Source of the DNA: Myxococcales bacterium
GTDB taxonomy: Bacteria; Myxococcota_A; UBA9042; JABWCM01; BTVJ01
Direction of reading: 5' to 3'
DNA: 64,000 nt
Assembly (NCBI GenBank): GCA_045863395.1
Contig: BTVJ01000004.1
Location: 128,001-192,000, forward strand
Position 1 is the first letter of the stretch, and each line of letters begins with the position of its first letter. A program made the position numbers and the translations under genes. The notes beneath the pieces are model-generated. The model saw only the letters and a program-made list of their open reading frames with translations. It searched no databases and had not been told where the DNA came from. Positions 1 to 10,148 of the stretch are shown here, one piece after another.

Positions 1-2
1 AC

Positions 3-3000
3 ATCACGGCGCTGGCGACGTGGACCTCGTCCAACGAGACCATCGCGTCCGTGGACGCAGGCCTCGCCATCGCAAAGAGCGCGGGGCCGGCGAGCATCAC
101 GGCGGAGCTGGACGGCGTCACGTCCGAGCCCGTCACGCTGACGGTCCTCGGCGTCACCCTGGTCGGCATCCAGCTCGACCCCACGACGGGCACGCTGAAC
201 GCCGGCAGCGGCGAGACGCTCGAGATCGACGCCATCGGCATCTTCGACGACGGGACCCAGGCGGACATCTCCAAGGTCGTCGTGTGGGAGTCGAGCGACC
301 CGGCCATCGCCGCCGTCGACACCAACGGCATCGTGACGCCGGGTACGGTGGCAGGGACGGCCGAGATCACCGCGGCCGTGGGGACCGTCGAGTCGTTCCC
401 GGCGGTGATCGTGGTCCTCGCCTCGAATGAGGTGAAGACCGTGACCGTGGAGCCGGTGCTCGCCGCCTTCCCGGCGGGGTTCACGCAGGACCTGACCGCG
501 ACGGTGACGTTCGCAGACGGCCGCACGGAGAACTTCACCACGAAGGCCAACTGGAGCAGCACGGACGAGACCATCGCGACGGTGGACTCCCACGGGCGGG
601 TCACGGGCCACATGAAGGGGCACGTGATCATCAAGGCAGAGGTCTCCGGTGTGTTCGGTGGCGCCCTGCTGAGCGTGACCGACGCCACGATCACCGGCAT
701 CACCCTCGACCCGCCCGCGGCGAGCCTGCCGGTCGGCACGACCATGGCCTTCAAGGCGACGGGCTTCTTCTCCGACGGCTCCATGTCCGACGTCACGTCG
801 CGGGTGACGTGGACGTCCACGGACCCCGCCATCCTGACGGTGGACGGGGGGATCGCCACCGCGCTCGCCATCGGCGAGGCAACCATCGAGGCGGCCCTCG
901 AGGATGTCGCGGCGACGGCGGACGTGGCCGTGGTGGAGGCCGTCTTCGACCACATCGCCATCACGCCGCCTGCCCCGACCCTGCCCGTCGGCCTGACAGT
1001 GCGCTTCCAGGCGACCGGGGTCCTGACCAACGGCACGACCATGGACCTGACGGAGAGCCCGAAGCTCTTCTGGACGAGCAGCGCCCCGGACATCGCGATG
1101 GTCTCCAACGCCGCGGGCGAGCAAGGCACGGCGACGGCGTTCGCGGTGGGCGGCGCCCTCATCGGGGCGACCTTCTCGGACGCAGGCTTCACCATGGAGG
1201 CGGACCCCGTCTTGCTGAGCGTGATCAACGCCGAGCTGCAGGGCATCCAGGTCACCCCGACCAGCCCGACCCTGCCGGCCGGCTTCGAGCTGCGCTTCCA
1301 CGCGACGGGGCTCTACTCGGACGGCAGCCTGCACGACCTGTCCCACGACGCGGTGTGGACGAGCAGCGCGCCCGGCGTCGCCACCGTGTCCAACGCGGCA
1401 GACCTGGAGGGCACCGTCTCGACGCTCCTGCCGGGCAGCGCCACAATCCGCGCGACCTTCGGCGCCCACTTCGGCGAGAGCCTGCTCACGGTGAGCAACG
1501 CCAAGCTGGTGTCGATCAGCGTGGCGCCGCCGGCGGCCTCGGTGGAGGTGGGCGCCACCTTCCAGCTCTCGGCCACGGGCAACTTCAACGACGGCACGAC
1601 CATGGACCTCACCAAGACCGCGGTGTGGTCGGTGGCTCCGGCGGACCTGGGGCGCGGCGTGACCGTCTCCAACGAGGTGGACCGCGAGGGCCTCGTCACC
1701 GTGTCGCCGCTGGCGACCCCGAGCCTGCTCCCGGTGACCATCTATGCGACCCACGGCACCGTGGCGGGCACGTCGGCCATCACCATCGTCAGCCCGACGG
1801 CGCTGACGGCGATCCTCGTGACGGTCGACCCCATGGTGATCCCCGTCGGCTACACGGGCAAGGCCACGGCGACCGGCCTGTACTCGGACGGCGTCCACGC
1901 GCCCGTCGCCAAGGACATCACGGCGCTGGTGACGTGGTCACCCTCCATCAGCGGCGTCGCGACGGTGTCCAACGGCTCCAGCGACAAGGGCACCGTCAAG
2001 GGCATCGGGCCCGGCACCGTCCTGATCAACGCGTGCCTGGGCGCCGTGTGCGCCAACGACCCGGGCGGCACGGGGGCGGCGGCCATCGTGACCGTCACCG
2101 CCTGCCCGTTCGTCGGCGTGAACCTGTCGCCAGCCGGGGCCCTCGCCCTGCCGAAGGGCATGGCCCGCCAGTTCAACGCGATGGCGATGTACGACGCGGC
2201 CTGCGGCGCCCCGCTGCCCGGCTACGACGTCACGGAGCTGTCGCTCTGGATCTCCTCGAACCCGGCGGTCGCCACGGTGAGCAACGCGGCGGGCACCCGC
2301 GGCCTGGTGACGGCGTCGGCCAACCCGCCGGCCGTGACCGTCCAGATCTCTGCCCACTTCGGGCCACTGATGGGCGCCAAGACGCTGACGATCATCGACG
2401 CCTGCGTGGCGGAGCTGACCGTGACGCCCGAGACCCTGTCGCTGCCCGTGGGCGTGCGCATGCCGTTCACGGCGACTGCGAAGATGACCGACGGCTCGAC
2501 CATCGACTACACCCAGATGGCCGTGTGGCAGGTCACGGGCGCGCTCGGCCTCGTCAAGCCCGGCGTCATCCAGACCTTCCCGGGGCAGCTCGGGACCGTC
2601 AAGGCGACGGCGGCGCCGACCCTGTCCTGCGCGTCCTTCAGCGACACGTCCACGGTCACGATCAACGACGCCGTGCTGACCAAGGTCGCCATCACGCCGG
2701 CGTCCGTCACGCTGCCCATCAACACGGCCATCAGCCTCAAGGCCAACGGCCTGTTCAGCGACGGGACCACGTTCGAGCTCACGGACATGGCGACCTGGAC
2801 GTCGTCCAACCCGGCCGTAGCCACGGCACAGCAGGGCGGGTACGTGATCGGCAAGGCCTCGGGCACGGCCGTCATCCTCGCCACCTGGTTCACGGTCAGC
2901 GGCGTCGCCAACATCAACGTGGAGGGCTTCGTCCTGTCCGGCCTGGTCGTCCAGCAGGGCGTGGACGCGGCGTGCGGCGACTTCGACGGCGCGGGCTTCG

Positions 3001-6000
3001 CCAGCGGCGTCCGCTTCCCGCTGCGGGCCATCGCCCACTACTCGGATGGCGGCAGCGAGGACGTCACCGGCGCCGTCGCCTGGTCCAGCGACAAGCCCGC
3101 CTTCGCGACGGTGGACGCGACGGGCATGGTCGAGACCAAGGCGGTCGGCACGGCGCTGATCAAGGCCACCCAGGGCGGCATCAGCGGGACGTTCCCCGTG
3201 AAGGTCCTGGACACGGATCTCGCGTCCATCGAGATCCAGCCCGGCAACGGGTTCATCATGCCGATCAACGCGACCCTGCCCTTCCGCGCCTTCGGTCACT
3301 ACGAGGCGCTCATCGGCGGGATCCTGCGCGCCGACACGTGCGAGATCACGACCATGGCCTCGTGGCTGGCCGCGCCGGACGACAGCATCGACATCACGGC
3401 GTTCGGGCTGGCCACGACCACGGCCACCCCGACGGAGACCGCCATCGTCACGGCGACCAAGGACGGCGTGGTGGCGGAGGTCCACGGCGAGGTGCGCGGC
3501 GCCTGCGTCGAGCACATCCGCCTGAAGCCAGAGGCGGGCACGACCATGCTCGGCGTCATGATGCAGTTCGAGGCGGAGGCCGTGCTCTCCGACGGCGCCT
3601 CCTACGTGATCACCGACTCTGCGACGTGGTCGACGTCGAACCCAGCCGTCGCGCAGGTCGCCGAGGGGACCATCGTGCCCATCACCCAGGGCGTCGTGAC
3701 CGTGTCCGCGACCTTCAACGCGGGCGCGGCGGCCTGCCCGCAGGTACCCGCGACGCAGACCGCGTCGGCGACCCTGACCGTGCTGCCGGCGGCGCTCGTG
3801 TCCATCCAGATCGCCTGCCCCGGCGCGGCCAACCTGTGGCCCGCCCCTGGCGGCCTGGCTCCGGGACTCCCGCCCGGGCTCGCCACGCACTGCACGGCGC
3901 TGGGCCTCTACTCCGACGGCACCACCGCCAACGTCACCGCCTCGGCGACCTGGACCAGCAGCGCACCGAACGTGGCGACCGTCAGCAACGCGGCCGGCTC
4001 GAAGGGGCGCGTCCTGACGCTGGGCGCGGGCATGGCGGGCATCGGCGCGGCGCTGCAGGGCGTCACCGGCTCGTGGTCGCTGCAGGTCGTCGGCGCGACG
4101 GTGGACGCGGTGACGGTCACCGGCCTGCCCACGCTCCCCGCGGGCTTCTCGCACCCGTTCACGGCGATGGCGGCCTACACCCTCGGGCCCGTCACGCACC
4201 ACTACGACGTCACGGCCATCGCGGCCTGGGCGTCGAGCGACACGAGCAAGGCGACCGTCAGTGACAACCCGGCCACCCGCGGGCTCGTGACCGCGCTCGC
4301 ACCCACCACGGGGCCCATCGCCATCACGGCGACGCACATGGGCAAGGTGGGGGCGCAGACGCTCCAGGTCCTCGCCGTGACGATGACGGCCATCGACGTG
4401 GGGCCGTCGCCCCTCGCGCTCGCCGTCGGGCAGGAGAAGCAGCTCACGGCGACCGCCTTCACCAAGGACTCGCAGGGCGGCACGCACTCCAAGGACGTGA
4501 CCACGCAGGTCTCCTGGAGCACGACGGACCCGGCGGTGGCCTCTGTGACCAACACGGGCAAGGTGACCGCGCTCGGCCTGGGCGCAGTCGCGATCATCGC
4601 GCAGATCGGCCCCGTGAGCGGGAGCGCGTCCATCGCGGTGGAGCCGCGCTGCATCGCCTCGCTGACCATGGCGCCGGCGGCGACGACCGTGCCCGCGGGC
4701 GTCCCGCTGACCTTCGCGGTGACGGCGCACTACACGAGCGGGCCGACGCAGGACGTGACCGGCGACGTGACCTTCGTGAGCACCGACCCGGCGCGCATCC
4801 CGAACCCGGACTACGCGGGCTGGACCTTCGCCCACCCCGGCGCTGCGCCTGGGATGGTGGCGGTCTACGCGCACCTCGACGGGGGCGGCTGCTCCGGGGC
4901 GCTCCAGGCCGCGGCCGCCGTCGCCATCAACGGCGCGACGCTCCTCGACATCGCGGTGCAGAGCGACCAGATGCAGGTTCCGGTGGGCCTGTCCACGCAG
5001 TTCCACGCCATCGGCTCCTACAGCGACGGAACGAGCTACGACATCACGCGGACCATCGACTCGTGGATGACGGGCAAGGCCTCCGTGGCGGTCGTCTCGA
5101 ACGCCGGCGCGCTGAAGGGCCGCGTGACCGGTGTGGGGCTCGGCACCACGCCCATCGTCGCGACGCAGGGCAACATCTCCGGCGCGAACGAGGTCACGGT
5201 GACCTCGGCGACCCTGACGTCCGTCTCCGTGGCGGGCCTCGACACGGCAGGCGCGTGCCACCCGAAGTACGGCGCGGCCTCGTGGATCAAGGCCGGCTTC
5301 GCCCATCCGGCGGGTGGCCTCACCACGTGGGCGCGAGCCCTCGGCCACTACAGCAACGGCCTCGCCTACGACATCACCGACTCGGTGACCTGGTCGTCCT
5401 CGAACCCGGCGCGGGCGGCCATCGCCACCGGCAACGGGAGCTCGGGTCGCATCACGACGGGCGGCCAGGCGGGCAACGTGACCCTGACCGCGGAGACGCC
5501 GAGCGGCTTTGTGGGGAGCATCCTCTTCACGGTCAAGCCCGGCCTCCTCGATCAGCTCGTGATCAACCCGGCCGGCGCCGACCCGCTCGTGCTGCCGCTC
5601 GGCTTCGGCACACAGCTCGAGGTGGTAGGCCGCTTCTCGGGCGCCTGGCACTGCGCCACGGAGGACGCGCAGTACGCCTCGGCCGACACGGCGGTCGCGA
5701 CGGTGACCGACACCGGCTGGGTGGACTCGCGCGGCCTCGGGTTTGCGATGCTGACCGCGACCCTCGGGGTCGTGAACGACACGATCCTCGTCAAGGTCAA
5801 CGACGCCACGCTGGCGCTCATGGAGACAATCCCGGCGGACGTGTCGCTCTTCGTCAACGACACGGCCCAGCTCCAGGCGCTGGCGCACTTCAGCGACGGC
5901 ACGATCAACGACGTGACCTTAAGCCCGAAGACCACGTGGTTCACGAGCAACGAGGCGGTCGCGAGCCTCACCCACGCCAAGGGCGGCGTCCTCGCCGTGG

Positions 6001-6092
6001 CGCCCGGTGTGGCCTTCATCGACGCCTGCATCCAGGGTGTCTGCGCCGCTGACTCCGTCCTCACCACCAAGGTGACGGTGATGGCGCCGTAG
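3..6092 (+). CDS. Giant bacterial Ig-like (Big_2 / Lig-like) repeat surface protein, 5'-truncated by window edge
   Basis: Frame is open from base 3 (ITALATWTSSNETIASVD...). Roughly 20+ ~90-aa repeats of the type 'ATGxYSDGxxxDxTxxxxWxSSxPxVATV'. Strong GC3 bias; stop TAG at 6090-6092. Confidence 0.9.
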   Translation: MTALATWTSSNETIASVDAGLAIAKSAGPASITAELDGVTSEPVTLTVLGVTLVGIQLDPTTGTLNAGSGETLEIDAIGIFDDGTQADISKVVVWESSDPAIAAVDTNGIVTPGTVAGTAEITAAVGTVESFPAVIVVLASNEVKTVTVEPVLAAFPAGFTQDLTATVTFADGRTENFTTKANWSSTDETIATVDSHGRVTGHMKGHVIIKAEVSGVFGGALLSVTDATITGITLDPPAASLPVGTTMAFKATGFFSDGSMSDVTSRVTWTSTDPAILTVDGGIATALAIGEATIEAALEDVAATADVAVVEAVFDHIAITPPAPTLPVGLTVRFQATGVLTNGTTMDLTESPKLFWTSSAPDIAMVSNAAGEQGTATAFAVGGALIGATFSDAGFTMEADPVLLSVINAELQGIQVTPTSPTLPAGFELRFHATGLYSDGSLHDLSHDAVWTSSAPGVATVSNAADLEGTVSTLLPGSATIRATFGAHFGESLLTVSNAKLVSISVAPPAASVEVGATFQLSATGNFNDGTTMDLTKTAVWSVAPADLGRGVTVSNEVDREGLVTVSPLATPSLLPVTIYATHGTVAGTSAITIVSPTALTAILVTVDPMVIPVGYTGKATATGLYSDGVHAPVAKDITALVTWSPSISGVATVSNGSSDKGTVKGIGPGTVLINACLGAVCANDPGGTGAAAIVTVTACPFVGVNLSPAGALALPKGMARQFNAMAMYDAACGAPLPGYDVTELSLWISSNPAVATVSNAAGTRGLVTASANPPAVTVQISAHFGPLMGAKTLTIIDACVAELTVTPETLSLPVGVRMPFTATAKMTDGSTIDYTQMAVWQVTGALGLVKPGVIQTFPGQLGTVKATAAPTLSCASFSDTSTVTINDAVLTKVAITPASVTLPINTAISLKANGLFSDGTTFELTDMATWTSSNPAVATAQQGGYVIGKASGTAVILATWFTVSGVANINVEGFVLSGLVVQQGVDAACGDFDGAGFASGVRFPLRAIAHYSDGGSEDVTGAVAWSSDKPAFATVDATGMVETKAVGTALIKATQGGISGTFPVKVLDTDLASIEIQPGNGFIMPINATLPFRAFGHYEALIGGILRADTCEITTMASWLAAPDDSIDITAFGLATTTATPTETAIVTATKDGVVAEVHGEVRGACVEHIRLKPEAGTTMLGVMMQFEAEAVLSDGASYVITDSATWSTSNPAVAQVAEGTIVPITQGVVTVSATFNAGAAACPQVPATQTASATLTVLPAALVSIQIACPGAANLWPAPGGLAPGLPPGLATHCTALGLYSDGTTANVTASATWTSSAPNVATVSNAAGSKGRVLTLGAGMAGIGAALQGVTGSWSLQVVGATVDAVTVTGLPTLPAGFSHPFTAMAAYTLGPVTHHYDVTAIAAWASSDTSKATVSDNPATRGLVTALAPTTGPIAITATHMGKVGAQTLQVLAVTMTAIDVGPSPLALAVGQEKQLTATAFTKDSQGGTHSKDVTTQVSWSTTDPAVASVTNTGKVTALGLGAVAIIAQIGPVSGSASIAVEPRCIASLTMAPAATTVPAGVPLTFAVTAHYTSGPTQDVTGDVTFVSTDPARIPNPDYAGWTFAHPGAAPGMVAVYAHLDGGGCSGALQAAAAVAINGATLLDIAVQSDQMQVPVGLSTQFHAIGSYSDGTSYDITRTIDSWMTGKASVAVVSNAGALKGRVTGVGLGTTPIVATQGNISGANEVTVTSATLTSVSVAGLDTAGACHPKYGAASWIKAGFAHPAGGLTTWARALGHYSNGLAYDITDSVTWSSSNPARAAIATGNGSSGRITTGGQAGNVTLTAETPSGFVGSILFTVKPGLLDQLVINPAGADPLVLPLGFGTQLEVVGRFSGAWHCATEDAQYASADTAVATVTDTGWVDSRGLGFAMLTATLGVVNDTILVKVNDATLALMETIPADVSLFVNDTAQLQALAHFSDGTINDVTLSPKTTWFTSNEAVASLTHAKGGVLAVAPGVAFIDACIQGVCAADSVLTTKVTVMAP

Positions 6093-6406
6093 CTCCAGCC
6101 GCAGGGGTAATCGGCCTCCGCCTCTGGGCACCCAGGGGCGCGCGACGCGGCGAAGCCCCCCCATCCAACCGTTCGTACGGTATCCACACCGCTGCCTCGG
6201 CCAAGGGCTCGGGCTCGACAGATGCCCCTGGGTATGTCGGTCTGCCTCCCCGCGTGCAACCACCCCGGAGCGATTCACGAGAGCGCCTCTCCAGCCGACC
6301 ACGCCCTCCCCCTTCCGTCAACCGCCACCATCGACGGCCAACCATCCATGAGCACCGCAGACGGAACGGTCCAAAGGAGCCTCAAGAACCGTAGAGGCGT
6401 TTCCCC

Positions 6407-6436
6407 TTGACACGTCGCATACCACGAGTCGATTAT
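6407..6436 (+). promoter_or_regulatory. Putative sigma70-type promoter of the 6.4-14.1 kb operon
   Basis: TTGACA (6407-6412), 18-nt spacer, GATTAT (6431-6436). Confidence 0.5.
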
Positions 6437-6443
6437 CGCTCGC

Positions 6444-7172
6444 GTGCCACACGAACCGAGCGCCCTCCGCTCGGTCCCAGTTGGGAAGGAGGTAGACCAA
6501 GATGAGCTTGCCGCCCCGCAACACACACACACACACACACACTCTCTCTCTCTCTCTCTCGTGTTCTTCGCGCTGCTGCAGTCTGGCCTCATTGATCACC
6601 GGAATGCGACCTGTGACCCGAAGGCACCTTCCAAGGAACCACTCCTTCTGCTGGACGTAGTGGTGGACGCCAGCAAGAAGACCGATGACTACCTTGTGCT
6701 TTCCGTCGATGGCACGAATGTTCCTCCTCCGTTCGTCCTGGTACGCGAAGAGCTCTGGCTCTCTGTAATCGGCACCGCACCCTTCCTTGCCTGGGCTCGC
6801 TCACACACATCCCGCCCGGGAGACCCAGAACCAGGCACGACAGTCCACCAGTGGCCTCACTCGATCACGGTGCCTCAGGTGTTCTCTCCAGGCTACGACG
6901 CTACCGTCATTGTCCTTGCCAGGCGGCCAGGAGGGGAACTGCTGAACCTTGTGATCGAGCTCCCCGCGTCGATGCTCACTCTCATTCCGGCGCCCGAGAA
7001 GAAGCAGCTCAAGTCAACGACCGCGAAAGGAGCGTTGTTCGACCTCTATGCGGCAAAGGTCGCTGCCTTCGACGAGCTGCTCCTTGACTTGACCGAAGAG
7101 CTGGACGCGTTGCCGGAGGCAGAGAGGGCAGAACTGTACGGGGTCCTCAACGCGACAGCGCTGGGCCAGTAG
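6444..7172 (+). CDS. Hypothetical protein with a dinucleotide tract in its 5' end; start uncertain, possibly frameshifted (phase OFF)
   Basis: 242-aa ORF from GTG 6444. The best RBS (AGGAGG 6487-6492) precedes an ATG at 6502 in another frame. Its stop abuts the RBS of the next gene. Confidence 0.6.
   Translation: MPHEPSALRSVPVGKEVDQDELAAPQHTHTHTHSLSLSLVFFALLQSGLIDHRNATCDPKAPSKEPLLLLDVVVDASKKTDDYLVLSVDGTNVPPPFVLVREELWLSVIGTAPFLAWARSHTSRPGDPEPGTTVHQWPHSITVPQVFSPGYDATVIVLARRPGGELLNLVIELPASMLTLIPAPEKKQLKSTTAKGALFDLYAAKVAAFDELLLDLTEELDALPEAERAELYGVLNATALGQ
6521..6560. repeat. Compound microsatellite (AC)11(TC)9
   Basis: Read directly: AC x11 at 6521-6542, then TC x9 at 6543-6560. Confidence 0.97.
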
Positions 7173-7184
7173 GAGGCGGAACCG

Positions 7185-10148
7185 ATGAACTCAAGAATAA
7201 TGCTCGCGGCCTTGCTCACCCTCTCTTCCACCTCCGTGCTCGCGGCGACATCCGCGGATGGCCGCATCTTCCACGTCACCGACCCCGGGAACATCTACTA
7301 CAAGTATGTGACGATACCGCAGACCGGTGTCTGGCGGTTCCGGACTTATCTTGGGAGCGAGGGGCTCGATACGGTCATTCACGTGTGGGACCTGGGGCTC
7401 GACCAGCACGCGAGGTCCAACGATGATGCCGGCTTCGGTACCTGTAACGACCTCAAGCCGACCCATGAGAAGACATCCTGCCTCGATCTACAATTGACCG
7501 CTGGGCAACAGGTCATCGTTTTCGTCCGCAGATACAACAACCAGAGTTCCGGTACGTGCCTCTTCCGGGTGTCCTCTGTCGGCTATGGTCAACTCGTGGA
7601 CGACGTCATCTCGCCTGCAGGTGATGTCACCTACCGGTGGGGCACTGGGGCGGTTGTTTCCTGGGACGCTAACGAGACGATTCAGACCGCCTATGCGCCG
7701 GTCCGCCAGGTGACCGTCGGGACCCCCTGGAGCAACGGACTTCTGACGCCGACTGTGCTCGTGCTGGCTGGAGCCGAGCGCCTGTACCGCTACACCCGAA
7801 CAGACGACTTTGGTTTTGGGGCAGGCACGAGCCAGGGAGGCCCATCGATTTGGGGACAGCCAGGCATTCTGCTACCGGAGTCCTCGGCTTCGATAACCCC
7901 TTACCCCAACACGACGGCTCCATATCACTACGTCGTGGGCGGAGACCCCTACGCGTGGAACAACCCTACGCTCTATGGAGACGGACGGCTTACGTTCTAT
8001 CGCAACGATGCGACAGTGCCCGGCCATGACCCCGACGATGACAACCTCGGTGATGCCCTCGAAGATGCGCTGGGAACCTGCAAGCGAGCGCAGGCCTGCC
8101 CTGGCCGAGACCCGAGGGACTCGGACGAGGACGGACTGCGCGACGACTGGGAGACCATCGGCGGCTGCACGTTCAATGGCTGTGACCCGCAGTCAGAGAA
8201 CGCCATCAACCTGGCCTACTACGGCGCCAGCCCGATGAGAAAGAACCTGCTCGTTCAGGTCGATTGGATCTCGCATCCCAGCGAACCTGTCGACAAGTGG
8301 GGGCTTCTCGCCGGCGGGCTGAGCGAGATCGTAGAGGCGTTCGCCTCGGAACAGACCAGCGTGGAGGTACCGAAGGAAGCAATTCGCGTCTTCTTCGACT
8401 TTGGCCAGCTCCCCGCCGGGGGAGCCGGTGGCAACGAGGTCGTCTACTCCGACCATGTCGCCGTTTCCAACAAGCGCCCGGCCTGCGGAGATTACTTGAC
8501 GTGCAGCCTCGGCTCCTCCTGCCCCAGCTTGACCGTTGGGGGAGCAACGTACTTGCAGTCGTGCAGCACCTATGGACCTCCTGGGGAGGCTCGCTGCATT
8601 CCAAGCTGCAGCGGCGGCCAGTGCCCACCCGAGCTGGTGTGCACACCCGGAAAGTGTTTGCCGAAGCCGGAGCTTCCATGCGCATCGACCAGCGACTGTA
8701 TGATCGACGGGCGAGACGAGTGTGTCTTTGACGGCGTGTCGAGCGACCGCCTCTGTCGTAGTGAGTTCTGCCGGGCTCCGTGGGCACCGTGCGTCGCTGA
8801 GCAGGCTGACCCGGCTTGCTTTGGCCCGTGGCCGTCATGCGCGCCCGATGTGCCCGGAGCGTGTGAGGCAGCCGGCAAATACTGCGTCGCGGATCCACAC
8901 AACGGCGCAGGGGCACACGTGTGCGTGCCCACGGACTGCAAGGCTCCATGCATGCGCCATCAGTCCATCCACGAGCCGTTCAACTTCCAACGGATGCTGC
9001 GAGGATCGCCGGGCAGCGCATGGTCACTCATGCCGCTGAACAGACGAGGGCTGTTCACGGAGGTCTGGCTGGGCCGGGGACTCCAGGCGTCTGAGGGACA
9101 CGAGAGTTCGGTGCTGGGCACCACCAATTTCCGGACGTGCACGTGGCCTTCCAGCGGGCAGGACTGCATGACCGTGTGGCCCGGTTTCATCGAGTTGGGC
9201 TCGGAGGAGAAGGGCGTTCCGTTCAGCCAGGAAGTACCGCCTGGTACTCCGGTCGATTGGACGAGTACGGTGTTTCACGAGCTCGGGCACATACTGGGGC
9301 TCCAGGACGGCGTGGTCGAGTTCGTGAGCGGAGCCGAATGCCACTGGGATACTGACTGCGCATGGCCTCAACGCTGCGTGGGGTCGCAGTGCGCCCACTC
9401 TACATGGCAGAATGTCCCAAACCACGTGAGCAGCATGAACTACTACTTTCTCCACCGGGTCGACGCCGTTGGGCACATCGACTTCTCCAGCGGGGTGCGC
9501 CCGCGGGTCGAGCCGTTCACGGTGGTGGCGTCCTCGTGTGAAGATCCCGCCTGCCCAGACTATGGCGACCCCGGCTGCCCCCTGCCACCCGGCCGCAATC
9601 CGCCGGGAGGAAAGTGCTGCCTGGTGGACGGCGATTGGCCGACTGCGCCGCACTACTGCGTGGGTCCAGGACTGAGGGAGGACGTAGGAATCGGGAACCT
9701 CTACGACCGGCGAGGAAACGACTACCTGGCCAATCGGCTATTCCAGTTGGGTGAGATGAAGTGCATGACCAACGAAGTCGGGCATGCGCAGGGTATCGGA
9801 CCGGCGCCCGTGCGACTCCTCGAGCAGGATCCTGGGATCGACTGGAACAAGAATGGAGTCGAAGACCCGACCCAGGTGGGCGGGTTCGTGCGCGAGCCTG
9901 GACACTGCTACGGTGGACAGAATGTGCACGAGTATGTGGACGTGAACGAATGGGACATCGCCTGGGGGGGGGGCTTCGATCACATCGGCGTTCGGGAGGT
10001 GCCGGCGCTGGCCGTGGTTGGGACACCGCTGTGCAGCGCCATCGAGGCGGTGGAGTGTCCACCGGGGTTTGAGTGCAAGCACGGCGAGTGCCTGCCGGCG
10101 CTGGCTCCGGAGGCGGTGCGATTCTCGTACCAGTGCGCTGCGGAATGA
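7185..10148 (+). CDS. Secreted Cys-rich zinc metalloprotease-like (metzincin-type) protein
   Basis: Signal peptide MNSRIMLAALLTLSSTSVLA; AGGAGG RBS; DxDxDG-like motifs (DPDDDNLGD, DSDEDGLRD); HELGHILGLQD at 9276-9308; Met-turn-like SSMNY near 9435. Confidence 0.75.
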   Translation: MNSRIMLAALLTLSSTSVLAATSADGRIFHVTDPGNIYYKYVTIPQTGVWRFRTYLGSEGLDTVIHVWDLGLDQHARSNDDAGFGTCNDLKPTHEKTSCLDLQLTAGQQVIVFVRRYNNQSSGTCLFRVSSVGYGQLVDDVISPAGDVTYRWGTGAVVSWDANETIQTAYAPVRQVTVGTPWSNGLLTPTVLVLAGAERLYRYTRTDDFGFGAGTSQGGPSIWGQPGILLPESSASITPYPNTTAPYHYVVGGDPYAWNNPTLYGDGRLTFYRNDATVPGHDPDDDNLGDALEDALGTCKRAQACPGRDPRDSDEDGLRDDWETIGGCTFNGCDPQSENAINLAYYGASPMRKNLLVQVDWISHPSEPVDKWGLLAGGLSEIVEAFASEQTSVEVPKEAIRVFFDFGQLPAGGAGGNEVVYSDHVAVSNKRPACGDYLTCSLGSSCPSLTVGGATYLQSCSTYGPPGEARCIPSCSGGQCPPELVCTPGKCLPKPELPCASTSDCMIDGRDECVFDGVSSDRLCRSEFCRAPWAPCVAEQADPACFGPWPSCAPDVPGACEAAGKYCVADPHNGAGAHVCVPTDCKAPCMRHQSIHEPFNFQRMLRGSPGSAWSLMPLNRRGLFTEVWLGRGLQASEGHESSVLGTTNFRTCTWPSSGQDCMTVWPGFIELGSEEKGVPFSQEVPPGTPVDWTSTVFHELGHILGLQDGVVEFVSGAECHWDTDCAWPQRCVGSQCAHSTWQNVPNHVSSMNYYFLHRVDAVGHIDFSSGVRPRVEPFTVVASSCEDPACPDYGDPGCPLPPGRNPPGGKCCLVDGDWPTAPHYCVGPGLREDVGIGNLYDRRGNDYLANRLFQLGEMKCMTNEVGHAQGIGPAPVRLLEQDPGIDWNKNGVEDPTQVGGFVREPGHCYGGQNVHEYVDVNEWDIAWGGGFDHIGVREVPALAVVGTPLCSAIEAVECPPGFECKHGECLPALAPEAVRFSYQCAAE

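Noticed and set aside
809..5888. Long ORFs 809..4264 (+) and 1938..5888 (-)
   Set aside because: Arg/Gly/His-rich shadow frames of the high-GC3 Ig-repeat gene.
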